Assembly (NCBI GenBank): GCA_965267575.1
Contig: OZ254086.1
Coordinates: 3,520,001-3,584,000, forward strand
Reading direction: 5' to 3'
DNA length: 64,000 nt
Source of the DNA: Calditrichales bacterium
Lineage (GTDB): Bacteria > Calditrichota > Calditrichia > Calditrichales > J004
The notes beneath the pieces are model-generated. The model worked only from the letters and a program-made list of their open reading frames with translations. It searched no databases and was not told where the DNA came from. Each line of letters opens with the position of its first letter. The stretch's first letter is position 1. Both the position numbers and the translations under genes were made by a program. This document shows positions 18,539-28,612 of the stretch, one piece after another.

Positions 18539-18718
18539 AATTGTATCTCCGCTTATTTCTGCTTTCGCCATTTTTGATTTCGTATCTTTCAGGTTTACGG
18601 CGCCATGCGCTCCGTGATAACAGGGGCCGTTGCCGTGGGTCATCCGGGGCCAGTTAATATCAGAAGATATTCAAACAACCACGACAAACATTGACATCAA
18701 CTTGCGAGACTAGCGCTC

Positions 18719-21007
18719 CTATCGGATAAGCACAAGTTTCTTTATAGCCCGAAAATTTCCGGCGCGCAGTTCGTAAAAATAGACACCGGATGGAAAACCC
18801 GAAGCATCCCAGCGCAGTTTGTGGTCGCCGCCGTTCAATTTCTTTGAGAGAAGCGTGGCCACTTTTTTCCCGCTTACGTCATACACAATCAACGAAACTC
18901 TTTCGCGTTGCGGCAGGGCAAAGCTGATCTCCGTTGAGGGATTGAACGGGTTGGGGTAATTCTGGCGCAATTCAAAACGGCGTAGCTGTCCGTCCGTGTC
19001 GCCAAGCGAAGAAATATCATCCACTACTTCGACGCGCCACTGCATAGTGCTGGTATTAAAGCCATTGCTGACCTCCACGCGGACCGTATCAAAACGCGGT
19101 GTAGGCGCGGGCAGGGCGCGGTAGGCGTAGCCGGCGTTAGTCGACTTGCTGTCGCCGTTCAGCGTCCACAGGTAGCTCAGCGCATAACCGGTTGTATCCT
19201 GTGCATCCACACTAAAATCAATCGTTTGCCTTTTCAGGATTGTCGTATCGGTTTGTGCCGGTTCAAAGCCGTTAATCAGCGGGACACCGGGCACGCGCAG
19301 CACTTCTATATAGTTATCAAAAACAACGCTCTTTTCGATTGCGCCATTGGATACGGTCAGCTTGATGCTGTAAATGCCGGGCGTATCATATCTCCATGCG
19401 GGATTTTCGATATCACTTTCAGACGTCCCGTCATTATCAAAATCCCAGAAGCGGGAAATAATAGGCTCTGTGTCCGAGGTGACGCTCAAATTGTTAAATT
19501 GGAAAGGATCACCCACAAAGCCAGCCCGGCGCCCGGCTTTTAAGTGGGGACGCAAAAAGCCTTCAGGAACATTCTCTTTAACCTTTAAGACCTTGTTGGT
19601 GCTAACATGTGTGAAAACTTCACTTTCTCCCGACGGCCATTGTACAACAAGTGAATCTACCAATTGGGCATCACCCAGCCCGAAGTGGCTTTCCAGATTT
19701 TGCCCGCAATAGCCTTCCTGCGAAGAGACCTGGCGCATCTGCCAGACGTTTTTACCGTTTATGGCCGCTTTGGCACGCACAACCGCGCCGATAGCTGAGC
19801 GGTTGGAAACAGTGCCTTCCAGCTTTACGGTCAGCCATGCGTTGCCATTGCCGTTGTTTAGCCACAGGGCGTTGCTTTCATTGGCATTGAAGCATTTGGC
19901 AATGGCCAGATCCAACGCGCCGTCACGATTAAAATCGCCAAAGCTGGCGCCATACGACCAGCCGCTTTCGCTGGAAACATTCGACGTATCTTTCTCAAAC
20001 TTACTGTCACCTTTATTGAGGTAGAGAAAATTTGTTGTAGCCGCGGGGCTGAAAGCGTTGGCCACAAACAGGTCCAGGTCGCCGTCGTTGTCCACATCGG
20101 CCCAGGCGCTGCCGACAGAATAGCCACCGTCGTTCACGATGATGCCATCCGTCACCGTTTCAAAGGTACCGTCGCCGTTGTTGCGGTAGAGAAAATTGTT
20201 CTGATTGTCCCAGTTGGCCACAAACAGGTCCAGGTCACCGTCATTGTCGTAATCACCCCAGCTGCTGCCAAAAGAGGAAGAGGCCGTATTGACGATATCG
20301 CCATCCGTAACAGCCGCATATGTGCCATCGCCGTTGTTGTGATAGAGAAAATTGTTCTCGTTGTTTTCGTTGGGTACAAACAGGTCCAGGTGTCCGTCGC
20401 CGTCGTAGTCTGCAAAATTCATATGCCGGGATGATCCGCCATCCTCTGAAACGGGAATGCCGGAAATGCGGCTGAATTTTTCCATTCTACTGTTTTTGTA
20501 GACGAAATTGCCCAGGTTGCCGGAGCTGTTAGCCACAAACAGGTCGGCAAAAGCGTCGCTGTCCGTATCCGCCCAACTGGCGCTTTCGGAGTAACCGCGG
20601 TCTTTACTTGAAGTGTCGCTCAAAAGCGTGAAGGTGCCGTTACCGTTGCTGATATAAAGCAGATTGTCGATGTTGTACCAGTTGGCCACAAACAGGTCGG
20701 GATGCCCGTCATTGTTAAAATCGCTCCAGGAACTGCCATCGCTGGGTGTGCCGTCCTGTGTAATGGCGAGGCTATCCACTTTTGAAAATGAGCCGTTGCC
20801 GTTGTTGGTGTAGAAAAAATTGTTTTGTCCGCCGGATGGACCATTGGTGATAAACAGGTCCAGGTCGCCGTCATTGTCATAATCAATCCAGTTAACTGCC
20901 CGCGAATCGCCGCCATCGGAAACGACAGGGCTGTTTTGCACCCGGCTGAATTGTTGTGCCGGCACAAAGAGTGGCAGCAGAAGTAGCAAGATAAGCAATC
21001 GTAACAT
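18719..21007 (-). CDS. FG-GAP repeat/ASPIC-UnbV (CRTAC1-like) protein with PKD domain and T9SS CTD
   Basis: Repeated DYDNDGDLDLFVAN; NRSAIGAVV..HFGLG..WPSG (ASPIC); WDFDNDG..NP..Y..PG.Y (PKD); NYPNPFNP. Confidence 0.92.
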   Translation of the reverse strand: MLRLLILLLLLPLFVPAQQFSRVQNSPVVSDGGDSRAVNWIDYDNDGDLDLFITNGPSGGQNNFFYTNNGNGSFSKVDSLAITQDGTPSDGSSWSDFNNDGHPDLFVANWYNIDNLLYISNGNGTFTLLSDTSSKDRGYSESASWADTDSDAFADLFVANSSGNLGNFVYKNSRMEKFSRISGIPVSEDGGSSRHMNFADYDGDGHLDLFVPNENNENNFLYHNNGDGTYAAVTDGDIVNTASSSFGSSWGDYDNDGDLDLFVANWDNQNNFLYRNNGDGTFETVTDGIIVNDGGYSVGSAWADVDNDGDLDLFVANAFSPAATTNFLYLNKGDSKFEKDTSNVSSESGWSYGASFGDFNRDGALDLAIAKCFNANESNALWLNNGNGNAWLTVKLEGTVSNRSAIGAVVRAKAAINGKNVWQMRQVSSQEGYCGQNLESHFGLGDAQLVDSLVVQWPSGESEVFTHVSTNKVLKVKENVPEGFLRPHLKAGRRAGFVGDPFQFNNLSVTSDTEPIISRFWDFDNDGTSESDIENPAWRYDTPGIYSIKLTVSNGAIEKSVVFDNYIEVLRVPGVPLINGFEPAQTDTTILKRQTIDFSVDAQDTTGYALSYLWTLNGDSKSTNAGYAYRALPAPTPRFDTVRVEVSNGFNTSTMQWRVEVVDDISSLGDTDGQLRRFELRQNYPNPFNPSTEISFALPQRERVSLIVYDVSGKKVATLLSKKLNGGDHKLRWDASGFPSGVYFYELRAGNFRAIKKLVLIR

Positions 21008-21072
21008 GATGGTTCTCCGTTTGTAAATTCTGCCGGCAAATAACGCACACTAGCATATATTTCAAACGAGTT

Positions 21073-21106
21073 TGCGGCAAAGCGGTCCGGGTATGCGGTA
21101 AAGTGG
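21073..21106 (-). promoter_or_regulatory. Candidate LytTR binding site, direct repeat with 21-bp period
   Basis: Minus strand CCACTTTACCGCA-N8-CCGCTTTGCCGCA, between the LytTR gene and the FG-GAP gene. Confidence 0.65.
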
Positions 21107-21119
21107 ATGGGGGAAAAGA

Positions 21120-21875
21120 TTACTGCAGCGCGTTTAGCACGTTTTCGCGATAGGTGCGGCTGAGGGTGTGGCGGCTGCCGTCGCTAAGCAGCAGCTCATA
21201 GTCGCCTTTGGCAATGGGCTCCAATTGTCGAATCAGGCTAAGGCGTATGATGGCCGAACGGTTGACGCGGGCGAACACGGCCGGGTCCAATTGCTGCTCC
21301 AGCCGGTTCATTGTGTCGCGGATAAGATGGGCGTCGTTTTGGGTATGCAGACGCACGTAATCGCCGTCGGCTTCAAATAAGCGGACATTTTCCAGCGGCA
21401 CCACCAGGAGCTTGTTATTTTCGCGCACGATGAATCGTTGGAGCGTCCGCGGCTTCTTCTGAATGTCTTCCAGCATGGATTGCATTTTTTCAAAGTGTGA
21501 AGCGTTGTCCCTGGCCTGCAGCAGCATGCGTACCCGCTCCACGGCTTTGGCAAAATCTTTTTTCTCTATGGGTTTTAGCAGGTAATCCACGGCATGGGCG
21601 CGGAAGGCTTTAAGCGCGTATTCATCATAGGCGGTAACAAATACAACAAGTGGCCGGCGATCGCTTTTTAGCTGTGTCAGTACTTCAAAACCATCCAGCT
21701 CGGGCATCTGGATATCCAGAAAAACCACGTCCGGTTGCAGGGCCTCCATCTGTTGCACGGCGCGGATACCATCTTCGCATTGAGCAATGATTTCAAAGTC
21801 TGGGTATGTTTCCAGCATGCGCTGCACGCCTTTACGCGCCAGCGGTTCGTCATCCACGATGATTACGCGTATCAT
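21120..21875 (-). CDS. LytTR family response regulator
   Basis: VDDEPLAR, FLDIQMP, VTAYDEYA, DYLLKP receiver motifs; FARVNRSAII LytTR domain. Confidence 0.93.
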   Translation of the reverse strand: MIRVIIVDDEPLARKGVQRMLETYPDFEIIAQCEDGIRAVQQMEALQPDVVFLDIQMPELDGFEVLTQLKSDRRPLVVFVTAYDEYALKAFRAHAVDYLLKPIEKKDFAKAVERVRMLLQARDNASHFEKMQSMLEDIQKKPRTLQRFIVRENNKLLVVPLENVRLFEADGDYVRLHTQNDAHLIRDTMNRLEQQLDPAVFARVNRSAIIRLSLIRQLEPIAKGDYELLLSDGSRHTLSRTYRENVLNALQ

Positions 21876-22945
21876 GTCCGTGCCTCCTGTGGCAGGGGAA
21901 TGCTCAGCATAGCCAACGTGCCCCCTTCGGCGGCTTTTTCAATATGCATGGTATATTCGTTTTCATACAAAGATCGCAGCCTGTCCCGGGTGATTTTAAG
22001 ACCCAGCCCGTGCTGATCACGTTCACCGGGATTAAATCCCTTACCGTTGTCATATACCTGCAAAGCAAGGCGGCCGTTGTCGTGTGTTGCCGAAATACGA
22101 ATGAGTGCCGCGCCGCTTTTGGGGGCGATACCGTGGCGTACGGCGTTTTCCACCAGTGGCTGCAAAATGAGCGCCGGGACGGGCAGTTTGCCTAATCCGT
22201 TTCCGAGGTCATATTCGATTTTAAGTCGTTCACCGAAGCGCACCTGCTCAATGGCCAGGTATTGCTTGGTAAAGGCGATTTCCTCATCCAGCGTGGAAAA
22301 CTGATCATCTATGTTTTGCAGCACATGGCGCAGCAGGCTGCTCAGGCGGTTCAATGTCTCGGTGGCCTGGTCGGGGTTTTCTTTTATCAATACAGCGATC
22401 GAATTAAGGGTGTTGAACAGGAAATGTGGTTGCAGCTTCATTTTAAGGGCGTTGAGCTGTGATTGTATCAATGCCGATTGCAGCTCGGCGTTGCGCTGCA
22501 CCTGCTCCTGAAGGTGGCGGTAATAATCCAGCGTGTACACTACAAGCAAAATAACAAACCAGACCAGCATGCCGTAATCGAAGCTGGCCACGGCATTAAG
22601 GTAAACCCGTTCAAAACTAAAGCCGCTTTCGCCAGGCCTGATCCACACGCGATAGCTGTTGTAAACGAGCGCATGAAGCAATGATACAATCACCCCCAGT
22701 ACGAAATGAATAAGCGCAAAACGCCACCAGATGCTTTTGGAAAAAGGCAGCCGTCGCGCCAGAAGCAGGGCCAGCGGGGCCAAAGCCGCCCAAAACAGAA
22801 AATAAGGCATATCTATAAGCAGGATATCCCAAGCCTGTACTTCCTGCCCAATCTGCGTGCGGTAGAAAAAGGACTGGGCGGAATAGAGCAAACCGATAAT
22901 CAGACCTGGCACGAGGAAATAAAGGATGTTTCGGATTCTAGACAT
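21872..22945 (-). CDS. LytS/YehU family sensor histidine kinase
   Basis: N-terminal TM helices; LQPHFLFNTLN, LQPLVENAVRHG, DNGKG and GLGL motifs. Confidence 0.93.
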   Translation of the reverse strand: MSRIRNILYFLVPGLIIGLLYSAQSFFYRTQIGQEVQAWDILLIDMPYFLFWAALAPLALLLARRLPFSKSIWWRFALIHFVLGVIVSLLHALVYNSYRVWIRPGESGFSFERVYLNAVASFDYGMLVWFVILLVVYTLDYYRHLQEQVQRNAELQSALIQSQLNALKMKLQPHFLFNTLNSIAVLIKENPDQATETLNRLSSLLRHVLQNIDDQFSTLDEEIAFTKQYLAIEQVRFGERLKIEYDLGNGLGKLPVPALILQPLVENAVRHGIAPKSGAALIRISATHDNGRLALQVYDNGKGFNPGERDQHGLGLKITRDRLRSLYENEYTMHIEKAAEGGTLAMLSIPLPQEART

Positions 22946-23058
22946 GGCCGTGCTCGTTTAATTCGTCTGCAAAATAGCGAATAATGATTTTTAATGGCAA
23001 CACAGAATTATCCGGAATCTGCAAGGAACTTGTGGCAGCACTAAGCGAGTCAAATTGC

Positions 23059-23847
23059 TCAGGCGCCCAGACCGGATAAAGCATATCCAATGGCATATGC
23101 CGCCACGGCAGCAACACCTCCAACCAAAAGCATTTCCAACCCCGATATTAGCCAGTTCTTTTCGGTAATGCGGACTTTTAACGCTCCAAGCGCAAATAGT
23201 GCACCCGCTGTTAGCAGGCTGGCAAACAAAAATGTATGGGCCGAAAGGGCCGGGGCGAAATAAGCGATGACGAAAATCAGCAAAGGCAAAAAGCCAAAAA
23301 CGGTAAATGAAGCAAAAGTTACCAGCGCGTTTTTCAACGGGGATTCGTCGGATTCTATTATCCCCAGTTCTTCCACCATCATGATGTCTACCCAGGCTTT
23401 TTTGTGACGTGATATGATATCTACGATAGTGTGCGCGTCTTCATCTGTAATCCCTTTTTCCGTATAAAGCTCAATCATTTCCTGCTTTTCACCATCGGGA
23501 TAGTTTTCTACCTCCCACACTTCACGTTGCCGTTCGGCGTCGTTGTATTCGTTCTCAGCACGGGTGCTAAGGTAGTCGCCAATGGCCATGGAAAGACCAT
23601 CTGCTATCAGGTTTGCAAAACCAAGGATCAAAACCACACCCGCGGCAAGCTTGGCCCCGGCCACACCGGCCACAACGGCAAAAGTTGTTATGATTCCATC
23701 CAGCCCCCCGTAAATCATACTTTTTATAAACTGGCCCTGTCCCTCCTTGTGCGGTTCAACGCCCGCTTCATTGTGGGCTTCGCGCATTTTTTTCAGGTCA
23801 CCGGTTTTGTAGGCTTCACGTGCTTTGTCGATATTACGTGTTAGCAT
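23059..23847 (-). CDS. VIT1/CCC1 family Fe/Mn transporter
   Basis: IYGGLDGIITTFAVVAG, GFANLIADGLSMAIGDYLS, MMVEELG; GAGGAGG RBS before ATG 23847. Confidence 0.9.
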   Translation of the reverse strand: MLTRNIDKAREAYKTGDLKKMREAHNEAGVEPHKEGQGQFIKSMIYGGLDGIITTFAVVAGVAGAKLAAGVVLILGFANLIADGLSMAIGDYLSTRAENEYNDAERQREVWEVENYPDGEKQEMIELYTEKGITDEDAHTIVDIISRHKKAWVDIMMVEELGIIESDESPLKNALVTFASFTVFGFLPLLIFVIAYFAPALSAHTFLFASLLTAGALFALGALKVRITEKNWLISGLEMLLVGGVAAVAAYAIGYALSGLGA

Positions 23848-24229
23848 TATTCCTCCTCGTTTTGCGGGGAGATGCATATTTGAATAACAAAAATGAAATG
23901 ACCAGCCAGAGCACTACCCGGAACGTCATAGCAGTAATACTTTGTGCGGCAATGATCTCTTGAAAAAACATAAGCAATAGCATCAATACAATAATATGGC
24001 TTGCCGTGATGGCAACGCTTGTTAACAAACCGGCACGATGTATTTTCCAGATTAATACTCCCGCGACGATGGCTGCTGCACCAAGGGCAAGGTTATAAAT
24101 GATCAATGCTGGAAAGGTCGCATAACCGGGATCAAAGGTGCCGGTCAAAGCTCTCGTGCCCGCAAATATCGTCAGCAGCCCGGATAGCGCAGCGACGGTT
24201 GCTAAGGTTTTTATCGCTGGTTTTGACAT
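23834..24229 (-). CDS. Hypothetical 4-TM membrane protein
   Basis: Four hydrophobic segments; tightly packed within the operon. Confidence 0.7.
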   Translation of the reverse strand: MSKPAIKTLATVAALSGLLTIFAGTRALTGTFDPGYATFPALIIYNLALGAAAIVAGVLIWKIHRAGLLTSVAITASHIIVLMLLLMFFQEIIAAQSITAMTFRVVLWLVISFLLFKYASPRKTRRNNANT

Positions 24230-24242
24230 TTTTGGTTTTCCT

Positions 24243-25493
24243 CTAAAAGCTGTATTTCAATTTAACATAAAGCATGTCATTGTTATCATATTGCCCGAAA
24301 CGGCCCTCGCTGCCGCTAAAGATATTGGCACCAAACAGCAGCTCTACGCCATCCGTCAGGTCGTAATAAACATGTGGCCGGATCAGTGCGTCGCCACTGT
24401 TAAAACCAATGTAGGAGAAGAGGTCTACCGTAAGCGTTTCCCTTAAAAAATCCTGCCGCAAAAGGACAGTCATCGTGTTTTCAAATTCGTCGCGTGTAAG
24501 GGCCGGATCATAATCAAGGACGGCCTGCTGAATAAACTGCCCGCTGACTGTCATATCCCACAATGTGGCATCCGCGCCAATCAGGTAGTGGATGTAGTCC
24601 TCTTTTACAATGGCGTCGTCATCAAGCGGTTTGGTTGTGCCAAAACGTTTTCCGTTGTAATAAGCGGCCTCGCCGCGCAAAATGACGCCCGAAATGCTTG
24701 TGCTGAAACTGCCACCGGCAATCGATAGCCTATGATGCCGCGGACGCACGGTTAAGCCTCTAAGTTGTTGCGTTTCAGGGTCAATAGTTTTGGAAATGTG
24801 CATTGCCGGATCATCATCCCAGGCATAGCCGGCCATCAGTTCAAAATCGATGGCAGAGGTGATAGCGGCATATTTGGCAAACAGCTCGCTGTTTCCCAGC
24901 GTCGGCTTTATCTCTCTCCGTGAATCATCAAACGTCGGCGTAACCGGGAACTCCATTGCAGGAAACCAGATTGAGCTTGGCGCCGGGAGCCGCGTTGGCT
25001 CAAAGACGGGCAGCCAGACCAGCTCCAGCGTATGGTTGCCGATATAGTAATCTGCTTTGACGGCATTCACTCCGATGCGGATCTCTTCAAAATCCGGCAG
25101 CAGAAATTCGCTTAGATCTTTTGGCGAGATTATATCGGTGATAAAGACGCCGTCTGCCTTGCCCCATATTATTTGTTGTTTGCCAATCCGCAGATCGATA
25201 TTGTCAAAATATATATCCGCATAGGCCTCGCGCAGATCAATGTTCAGCGGACGGTCCGGGTAATGATACATAACGGGATTGGCCAGAAAAGTGAAGTCGC
25301 CGCGGCCGTGCTCAAGGTTAATGTCCACTGTGTTTTGAAGGATCGAATACTCGTTTTTGCCTTGTGTTAAGACACCGTTGTAATAGCGCACAAAGCCGGT
25401 TATGGACGGTGTTTGCCCCATAGCAAAGGATATTATCAGCAGCTGTATCATCAAAAAGATTTGACGGTTGAAGAGCTGTGAAATGTGTTTCAT
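24243..25493 (-). CDS. DUF1302-like outer-membrane beta-barrel protein
   Basis: LREAYAD..DLRIGKQQIIWGKADG..DIISP.DL; ends in LKYSF. Confidence 0.8.
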   Translation of the reverse strand: MKHISQLFNRQIFLMIQLLIISFAMGQTPSITGFVRYYNGVLTQGKNEYSILQNTVDINLEHGRGDFTFLANPVMYHYPDRPLNIDLREAYADIYFDNIDLRIGKQQIIWGKADGVFITDIISPKDLSEFLLPDFEEIRIGVNAVKADYYIGNHTLELVWLPVFEPTRLPAPSSIWFPAMEFPVTPTFDDSRREIKPTLGNSELFAKYAAITSAIDFELMAGYAWDDDPAMHISKTIDPETQQLRGLTVRPRHHRLSIAGGSFSTSISGVILRGEAAYYNGKRFGTTKPLDDDAIVKEDYIHYLIGADATLWDMTVSGQFIQQAVLDYDPALTRDEFENTMTVLLRQDFLRETLTVDLFSYIGFNSGDALIRPHVYYDLTDGVELLFGANIFSGSEGRFGQYDNNDMLYVKLKYSF

Positions 25494-26272
25494 TATAAAC
25501 CTCTTTTCATCATCCTTTCACTAAACGTATTGTCATCCAAACCTTTGTCCAGCTTAACGTTTTTAATGTGCATATCTGTGGTATGATCTTTTTGGATGTT
25601 ATGCATTGTGCTGTGAAGGACGATCCAGTAGCCGGAGATATTTTCGTATGCTTTTACACTTAAAGTCTTCAGGAGCTCGCCGTCTTCATCATAGAACTTT
25701 TTTTTCAGGCCTATCCATTTATCTTTAATAACCCAGCTTACCGTTCGTGAATACATGTAGTCTTTTTGTTTAGGGATGCTTTCCACAACATAGCATTGTT
25801 CACCGTCCAGCGTTTCTTCGCGCAAAATTTTATGATTGTCTTCCTGCGGGTGGCGGTCTCCAAGGTCGTCATATGTAAAATCGGAGCCCATAAAATAATC
25901 GCCTTTGCTGTCGCTGGATATGCGCTTTACTTTGCGCAGGGCAGGCAGGTAAATCCACTGATCGTCGTCGCGTCCGGCTTCATCATAGCTCCAATTCATA
26001 AAGGACGTGTTACGCACGTCAGCAGGCGCCATAAAGAACATGATCTTTTTTTCAGAGCCGTCATAATCCTTGATGAATTGTTTAAGCTCACGAACGCGCT
26101 CATCCCTGCGGCTGTTAATTAACGTCATTGTCAGCAGCCCTTGCTGGTCTTTCCCGGTGGGCCGGTTATATACGTTTTCCATCACCTTGAGTCCGTTCGG
26201 GGTTGGCTGGGCCAAAGCAAAAACCGGCAATGCAAACACGAGTGCTAAGAAAACAGAACTATACTTTTTCAT
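25493..26272 (-). CDS. Outer-membrane lipoprotein-sorting (LolA-like) protein
   Basis: F.APADVRNT.F..DDDQWIYLPALRKVKRIS..FMGSDFTYDDL. Confidence 0.88.
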   Translation of the reverse strand: MKKYSSVFLALVFALPVFALAQPTPNGLKVMENVYNRPTGKDQQGLLTMTLINSRRDERVRELKQFIKDYDGSEKKIMFFMAPADVRNTSFMNWSYDEAGRDDDQWIYLPALRKVKRISSDSKGDYFMGSDFTYDDLGDRHPQEDNHKILREETLDGEQCYVVESIPKQKDYMYSRTVSWVIKDKWIGLKKKFYDEDGELLKTLSVKAYENISGYWIVLHSTMHNIQKDHTTDMHIKNVKLDKGLDDNTFSERMMKRGL

Positions 26273-28568
26273 TGATCTTCTCCTTTGATTTTATATAAAG
26301 ATTGGTCATGTTCAGCAGCAGGTACATTATTGTTACGGTGCCTAAAAAGCTTGTAAACATATTCATGGAAACCAGCGCTCCGAGAATACGGTTGGGAGGA
26401 AACACCGAAGCAAGCAGCACCAAAAAGCCGGCGATGACCACAATGGCATTCAGGGCAATAGCCCGCCCGGAATGTTGCATAGTCAGGCCTGCCGTCTTCA
26501 GTTTATCGCCAGTACGCAAGGCGTAGATTTTGTAGCGCTCCAGGAAATGCACGGCATAGTCAATACCGATACCGATGGCAATACTTGAAAGCAGGGCGGT
26601 TGTGGTGCTGAGCGGGATATCCAGCAGCCCCATGACGCCAAAACCGATAACGGCTGTAATAATTATGGGGACCGCGCCGATCAGTCCGGCGCTCAGCCTT
26701 TTAAACATCAACGAAAGCAGAATTATAATTATTATAATAGATAGCACCAGGCTCTTTACCTGGCCTTCGAGTATTAGATCGGTAAATACCAGACCCTTGT
26801 AGCCCGACCCGGCGTAGTGCAGTGTTAGGCCCTGTTCCTTGAGCGCCGGCAGATGTGTTTCGATTTGCGAGATGGCACTGTTGAGGGCAATTGAATTATC
26901 ACTTTTAAGCTGAAAAGTCACGTTGGCTTTGCGGTAATTGTAATCAACGACTTTCCAAAGATTTTCCGGGTCACCTGACATTTCATAAAGCAACAGGTAT
27001 TGAGCCACCAGATCACTGTTCTCCGGGATGCGATTATATGCTTCGCTGTCGGCATGCATAACTTTGTTCAGACGCCTTAAGTAATCGGTCAAGGCGAACG
27101 AATTGCCCACCACATCCAGGCTTGATTCCAGATCCGCCTGCATTTTATCGATTGCGTTTAGGACAGCGGGCTGCTTAAATGCCCCTTCTTCAGATGCATC
27201 AATGATAACATTTAGGGTTGATGTTCCGCCAAAATGCCGGTTAATAAAAGCATCCGTCTGAACGATGTCGCTCGTTTTCTCAAACTTTTCCAAGAAGCTG
27301 GAATTGATCCAGACTTTGCTCATGCCATACAGCGAAACAACAACAATGACGATTGTGACCGCAAAGGTGAGGTATTTGTGACGAACAACCCCGGTGGCGA
27401 TGGCCGTTAAAAAGCGGTTTTCGACCATTTTATCATCTGACCTTGCCTGCTTCCAGCGTGGCAGACCGAAAACAACCAAACCCGCGGGTATCAGTAGTAA
27501 AGAAAAGACCATCGCCATAAGTACGCCAAAAGCCGTAAATAACCCGAAATATTTTATCGGATACACATCAGAGGTTAACAAAGAGATAAAACCGACGGCC
27601 GTAGTAACAGAGGTCATAGCCACCGGTTTCCACATATTTCTGATCATGTCGACGGTCGCTTCCGTTCCGGAACAATACGGCCGCTTCTTTACGTAAAGAT
27701 GGAGGTGACTGTATAGGTGAATGCCATCTGCAACCCCTATGGCGATTAGCATTACAGGGATCATGGTAGAAACAGCGTATATTGGAATTTTCAGAATCGC
27801 CATAAGCCCGAATGCCCATATAACGCTAAACAGTACAACAAGCATCGTAAAAAGCGTTGCCCTGGCGCTGCGCAACAGAAACATCAGAATAAGAATGATA
27901 ACAGCAACCACTATAGGCACCATACGCTGCATGTCACGCGGGCCCAGGTAGGCCATTGTCCCTTCAACAATAGGGCGCCCGGCAACATAAAGCTTTTCAG
28001 GACCTTCAAATTCTTTGGACAAGCTGGTTATGCGCTGATAAAACTCCTGTGAAAAAGCATCATCGGCGATTTCGGCAACAATAAGGGTAACGGTTTCATT
28101 AAGATTAACCAGCCTCCCATAAATCATTTCATTGTTGAGAACAGCCTGTCGCAAGGAGCCAAGCTCATCTGAATCACCAGGCGTCTTCTTAAAAAAAGGT
28201 CTTACTTCCAGCCCAAATTCTGATCCGACGATATTATCTGCGCTGTAGAGCGATGTCACATCATCTTTGTTGATTTCATCCATTGCCTGAAGAGCGCGGG
28301 TTAATTTTTTTACTTTTTCTAAAGTTCCGCTATTGTAAATCCCCGCTCTGTTTTCAATCGCGACTATGATTCCGTCCTGAATGTTAAACCACTCTTCCGC
28401 CTGATCGCTGTAAATGAACGCCGGGTGGTCCCGGGGCATATATTCATCCAGGTCTGTTTCCATCCTGGAATTTTGGATCATAGCTAAAAAAAACAGAAGC
28501 GTACTGAAAACGCTTAGCGCGATAATCATCTTTGGATATTTCAATGTTTGATAAAGTAGTTTTTCCAT
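26259..28568 (-). CDS. MMPL/RND family exporter
   Basis: Two membrane repeats with AIGVADGIH, TTAVGF.SL and AIGIGIDYAVHF; ATG at 28568. Confidence 0.9.
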   Translation of the reverse strand: MEKLLYQTLKYPKMIIALSVFSTLLFFLAMIQNSRMETDLDEYMPRDHPAFIYSDQAEEWFNIQDGIIVAIENRAGIYNSGTLEKVKKLTRALQAMDEINKDDVTSLYSADNIVGSEFGLEVRPFFKKTPGDSDELGSLRQAVLNNEMIYGRLVNLNETVTLIVAEIADDAFSQEFYQRITSLSKEFEGPEKLYVAGRPIVEGTMAYLGPRDMQRMVPIVVAVIILILMFLLRSARATLFTMLVVLFSVIWAFGLMAILKIPIYAVSTMIPVMLIAIGVADGIHLYSHLHLYVKKRPYCSGTEATVDMIRNMWKPVAMTSVTTAVGFISLLTSDVYPIKYFGLFTAFGVLMAMVFSLLLIPAGLVVFGLPRWKQARSDDKMVENRFLTAIATGVVRHKYLTFAVTIVIVVVSLYGMSKVWINSSFLEKFEKTSDIVQTDAFINRHFGGTSTLNVIIDASEEGAFKQPAVLNAIDKMQADLESSLDVVGNSFALTDYLRRLNKVMHADSEAYNRIPENSDLVAQYLLLYEMSGDPENLWKVVDYNYRKANVTFQLKSDNSIALNSAISQIETHLPALKEQGLTLHYAGSGYKGLVFTDLILEGQVKSLVLSIIIIIILLSLMFKRLSAGLIGAVPIIITAVIGFGVMGLLDIPLSTTTALLSSIAIGIGIDYAVHFLERYKIYALRTGDKLKTAGLTMQHSGRAIALNAIVVIAGFLVLLASVFPPNRILGALVSMNMFTSFLGTVTIMYLLLNMTNLYIKSKEKINEKV

Positions 28569-28579
28569 ACTTTCCCTTA

Positions 28580-28595
28580 GTGAATACTCACTCAC
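28580..28595 (-). promoter_or_regulatory. Candidate TetR operator upstream of the RND gene
   Basis: GTGAATACTCACTCAC; 13/16 identical to 29214-29229. Confidence 0.65.
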
Positions 28596-28612
28596 TTGTG
28601 ATGTAAATTTTT

